Shown: positions 29,423 through 32,000 of the stretch, piece after piece
How positions within the stretch are numbered: the first letter of the stretch is position 1
Layout: each line of letters opens with the position of its first letter
Position numbers and translations under genes: made by a program
Assembly (NCBI RefSeq): GCF_000009045.1
Contig: NC_000964.3
Location: 2,520,001-2,552,000 of the forward strand
Source: Bacillus subtilis subsp. subtilis str. 168
GTDB taxonomy: Bacteria; Bacillota; Bacilli; Bacillales; Bacillaceae
Length of the DNA: 32,000 nucleotides
Reading direction: 5' to 3'
The notes under the pieces: generated by a model
Told to the model about the DNA's origin: nothing
Seen by the model: the letters and a program-made list of their open reading frames with translations, nothing else
Database searches by the model: none

Positions 29423-29616
29423 TGGCACCTGAAAGTTTACTTTGCATACGCAAAGACGTCCCCTTTGGTGGTTTGCGCATCCGCACAAACACTCTCCAGA
29501 GTTGCGTCGAGCAAGAGTTCTTTTGCCTGAGAGATTCACTCCGCAGTTTGCTCCTTCGGCGCCTGTATCCCGAGGTTTTCGGTCAGGTCTCTCCCCTTGC
29601 TGTCATTCGCTCATAT
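29423..29616 (-). promoter_or_regulatory. Tandem glycine riboswitch (two aptamers) controlling gcvT-gcvPA-gcvPB
   Basis: The reverse strand contains two consecutive glycine-aptamer cores. Aptamer 1 reads GGGGAGAGACCUGACCGAAAACCUCGGGAUACAGGCGCCGAAGGAGCAA. Aptamer 2 reads CUCUGGAGAGUGUUUGUGCGGAUGCGCAAACCACCAAAGGGGACG. This matches the published B. subtilis gcvT leader as I recall it. Confidence 0.92.
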
Positions 29617-29636
29617 TTTCATGCTGTTATGGACAT

Positions 29637-29670
29637 ACTATAGCAATATCTTACATCAAATACATACTCA
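29637..29670 (-). promoter_or_regulatory. Candidate promoter for the gcvT leader (extended -10)
   Basis: Reverse strand reads TGcTATAGT (hexamer at plus 29637..29642), about 20 nt upstream of the first aptamer. The -35 is poor. Confidence 0.4.
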
Positions 29671-29774
29671 TATCCTACCATCATCACTATATGCTGGGCA
29701 ACAGCAATTTGGGCAGATTTTTCTTATATTATTCATCTTAAGAATCGAAGAATAAGAAAGGCGGTTTCAAAGCA

Positions 29775-31448
29775 ATGAATACAGAAATGATCTACGATGC
29801 AAAATGGCCTGAAGAATTTGCTGAAAGACTGAAAAACGATGGCCCTTGGGCAAACTGGGAACTGTACAAGCTCTCTGCAGAAATCCAGAAAACATTAGCA
29901 ATTCCAGAGTTTGAAGGCTTACGGGCTCCTTTATATCTGCCTTCCTTTACGCCGCTCCCCCACCAGCTTGAAGTGGCGCAAAAAGTGGTTGAAAAAATGA
30001 ACGGGAAAGCGATTTTAGCAGATGAGGTTGGTCTCGGAAAAACGGTTGAAGCTGGACTGATTCTAAAAGAATATATGATTCGCGGGTTAGCAAAAAAAAT
30101 TTTGATCCTTGTGCCCGCTTCCCTTGTGTCACAGTGGGTCAAAGAGCTTCAGGAAAAATTTTTGATTCCGGCTGTTGAACAAAAGAAAAGCTATGTGTGG
30201 GAGCAATGCGATATTGTCGTCTCATCAATAGACACCGCGAAGCGCTCGCCCCATCGAGAAATCGTTCTGTCTATCCCATATGATCTTGTCATTATTGATG
30301 AGGCACACAAACTGAAAAATAGCAAAACGAAGAACTATGAATTTGTCCGGAATCTCGTAAAAAAATATTGCCTGCTTCTTACCGCGACGCCAATCCAGAA
30401 CCGTATCGAAGAGATTTTCAATTTGGTGTCCTTATTAAAACCCGGCCATTTAGGCAGTCAGAATCACTTTCAGGAGGAGTTCGCCAAGAAGAAATCCAGT
30501 TTAGAAGCGCATGAACATTTAAAAGATCTTGTGAATAAAGTCATGATCCGTAACAGGCGGCATGATACAGGGCTGAATTGGAAACAGCGCCATGTTGAAA
30601 CAGTGCCGATTCAATTTTCTCCATCAGAGCAGGCGCTTTATGATGAAATTTCTCGTTTGAAGGACAGTATCAATAAACCAGCCAGCATGTTCTCGATTAT
30701 GACCTTGCAAAGAGAATGCTGTTCGAGCAGAGAAGCGGTATATATGACGCTGAAAAAGATGCTTGATCAAAAAGAGAAACAAGCACCTGCCATTGATGAG
30801 GATACGATTTCAGTTTTGATAGATCGCATCAATCAAGTGACACAAAACTCTAAAGCGCTTCAAGTTGTTGACTTGATCAAAAAGATCGACGATAAGGTCA
30901 TCATTTTTACAGAATACCGCGCAACCCAGATTTATCTGCAGTGGTTTCTTCAGCAAAACGGCATCAGTTCTGTGCCGTTTAGAGGCGGATTTAAACGTGG
31001 AAAAAAAGACTGGATGAAGGATCTTTTCCGCGGAAAAATCCAAGTCCTTATTGCAACTGAAGCAGGCGGTGAGGGAATTAACCTGCAATTTTGCAATCAC
31101 ATGATCAACTATGACCTGCCATGGAACCCGATGCGGCTTGAGCAAAGAATCGGAAGAATTCACAGACTCGGGCAGGAGCGTGACGTGCATATTTATAACA
31201 TGGCGACAAAACATACGGTGGAAGAGCATATTCTAAAGCTTTTATATGAAAAAATTCATTTGTTTGAAAAAGTGGTCGGTGAACTTGATGATATTTTAAC
31301 GAAAATTCAAGTGAACAATTTTGAAGAGCACCTTCATGACATTTTGTATCACTCAGCAACAGAAGAAGAAATGAAAATAAAAATGGATAACTTAACCTCA
31401 TTTTTGTCTTATAAAAAACAGCTGCCTGCTGAAAAAAGAGGATCTTAG
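29775..31448 (+). CDS. yqhH: SNF2/RapA-like superfamily-2 helicase/ATPase, function unknown
   Basis: 557 aa. Motif I LADEVGLGKT, motif II IIDEAHKLKN (DEAH), motif III LLLTATPIQN, helicase-C motifs LIATEAGGEGINLQ and QRIGRIHRLGQ. Confidence 0.93.
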   Translation: MNTEMIYDAKWPEEFAERLKNDGPWANWELYKLSAEIQKTLAIPEFEGLRAPLYLPSFTPLPHQLEVAQKVVEKMNGKAILADEVGLGKTVEAGLILKEYMIRGLAKKILILVPASLVSQWVKELQEKFLIPAVEQKKSYVWEQCDIVVSSIDTAKRSPHREIVLSIPYDLVIIDEAHKLKNSKTKNYEFVRNLVKKYCLLLTATPIQNRIEEIFNLVSLLKPGHLGSQNHFQEEFAKKKSSLEAHEHLKDLVNKVMIRNRRHDTGLNWKQRHVETVPIQFSPSEQALYDEISRLKDSINKPASMFSIMTLQRECCSSREAVYMTLKKMLDQKEKQAPAIDEDTISVLIDRINQVTQNSKALQVVDLIKKIDDKVIIFTEYRATQIYLQWFLQQNGISSVPFRGGFKRGKKDWMKDLFRGKIQVLIATEAGGEGINLQFCNHMINYDLPWNPMRLEQRIGRIHRLGQERDVHIYNMATKHTVEEHILKLLYEKIHLFEKVVGELDDILTKIQVNNFEEHLHDILYHSATEEEMKIKMDNLTSFLSYKKQLPAEKRGS

Positions 31449-31468
31449 CCTGTAAGGAGGTTTTATTA

Positions 31469-32000
31469 GTGAGACAGCAAGAGGTTCACGATTTTCTGCT
31501 GCGTTTTTTTCAAGCAAACAGCTGCCAAATCGTCGATCAAGGCTTAGGCTATATGACAGTGCAGCTTACAGTTGAAATGGACAAACAAATCATGAACCGC
31601 CCTTTCTACTGGCATTGGCGCGAGAAGACAGGCGGTGATCCGAATCCAATGAAAATCACTTTTATTACAGATAAAGAAAATGCGCCAAAAGACCTAGATG
31701 GTGAATTTATATATTTTGGGGCCCCGCGTCTTTTTCAAATATTCAAAGCTGTTAAACAAAATGGGAGATTTACCAGAATGTATGAGAAAATTGAATCAGC
31801 CGGAGCTAAAGTCCCACTTCAGCCTTGGCTTGGTATAAATGTCACGATTTCATACCAGTCCGACATGAAAAAGGATAAGTTATTGTCACTAGGTCTTCAC
31901 CTAGTCTCTGGAACGATAATTGAAGATTTTCAAAGCAAGCTGACCCAGTTTTCACTGACGTCTCAAATATGTGACTATTGCTTCACCATTTCACCTATGA
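31469..32000 (+). CDS. yqhG: Conserved protein of unknown function, N-terminal 177 codons (runs off the right edge)
   Basis: Absent from the ORF track because there is no in-window stop. GTG at 31469 lies 8 nt after AAGGAGG and 20 nt after the yqhH stop. Hand translation gives VRQQEVHDFLLRFFQANSCQIVDQGLGYMTVQLTVEMDKQIMNRPFYWHWREKTGGDPNPMKITFITDKE..., open to position 32000. Confidence 0.85.
   Translation, partial: MRQQEVHDFLLRFFQANSCQIVDQGLGYMTVQLTVEMDKQIMNRPFYWHWREKTGGDPNPMKITFITDKENAPKDLDGEFIYFGAPRLFQIFKAVKQNGRFTRMYEKIESAGAKVPLQPWLGINVTISYQSDMKKDKLLSLGLHLVSGTIIEDFQSKLTQFSLTSQICDYCFTISPM

Noticed and set aside
29442-29741. 99-aa plus-strand ORF upstream of yqhH
   Set aside because: It lies antisense over the glycine riboswitch aptamers and the gcvT promoter region. 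The Pro/Arg/Ser-rich translation has no SD. The region is fully explained by the riboswitch.
20288-31448. Idea that the patatin lipase (yqhO) and the SNF2 helicase (yqhH) mark a defence island
   Set aside because: They are about 6.5 kb apart and separated by mntR, lipM, yqhL and the glycine-cleavage operon. No integrase, transposase, tRNA attachment site, flanking repeats or other defence-type genes such as nucleases, methylases or cyclases are present. The gene order is that of the conserved chromosomal backbone.

Overview
From memory, gene order and protein sequences match the Bacillus subtilis 168-type chromosomal core segment spoIVB to yqhG; no search could be run. The window holds 37 protein genes, 32 of them on the minus strand. 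Right to left on the minus strand they are: gcvT-gcvPA-gcvPB behind a tandem glycine riboswitch; lipM, mntR and yqhO; after the plus-strand pair yqhQ-yqhP, yqhR, aroQ-papA-efp and yqhV; the eight-gene spoIIIA sporulation channel operon; accB-accC-yqhY, nusB-folD and xseA-xseB-ispA; dxs-yqxC, ahrC and recN; and the 5' end of spoIVB. The plus-strand genes are yqhQ-yqhP, yqhL and yqhH-yqhG. spoIVB and yqhG run off the window edges and are missing from the ORF track; I translated both by hand. Nine ORF-track starts look too long, and I moved them to internal starts that have a Shine-Dalgarno sequence. I also located intrinsic terminators, several sigma-A-like promoters and the sigma-E promoter of spoIIIA. 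I see no rRNA, tRNA, CRISPR array, transposase, integrase, phage gene, long repeat or obvious accessory island. My honest reading is that this is an ordinary, densely packed housekeeping and sporulation region, not a hidden novel system. The items most worth a second look are: the uncharacterised SNF2-helicase pair yqhH-yqhG; an unexplained long hairpin between yqhY and nusB; an unusual terminator with a duplicated arm before xseA; a hairpin built from the overlapping 3' ends of yqhP and yqhO; and the poorly characterised yqhR-yqhQ-yqhP-yqhO cluster. All family and gene-name calls rest on motifs visible in the translations plus recalled knowledge.
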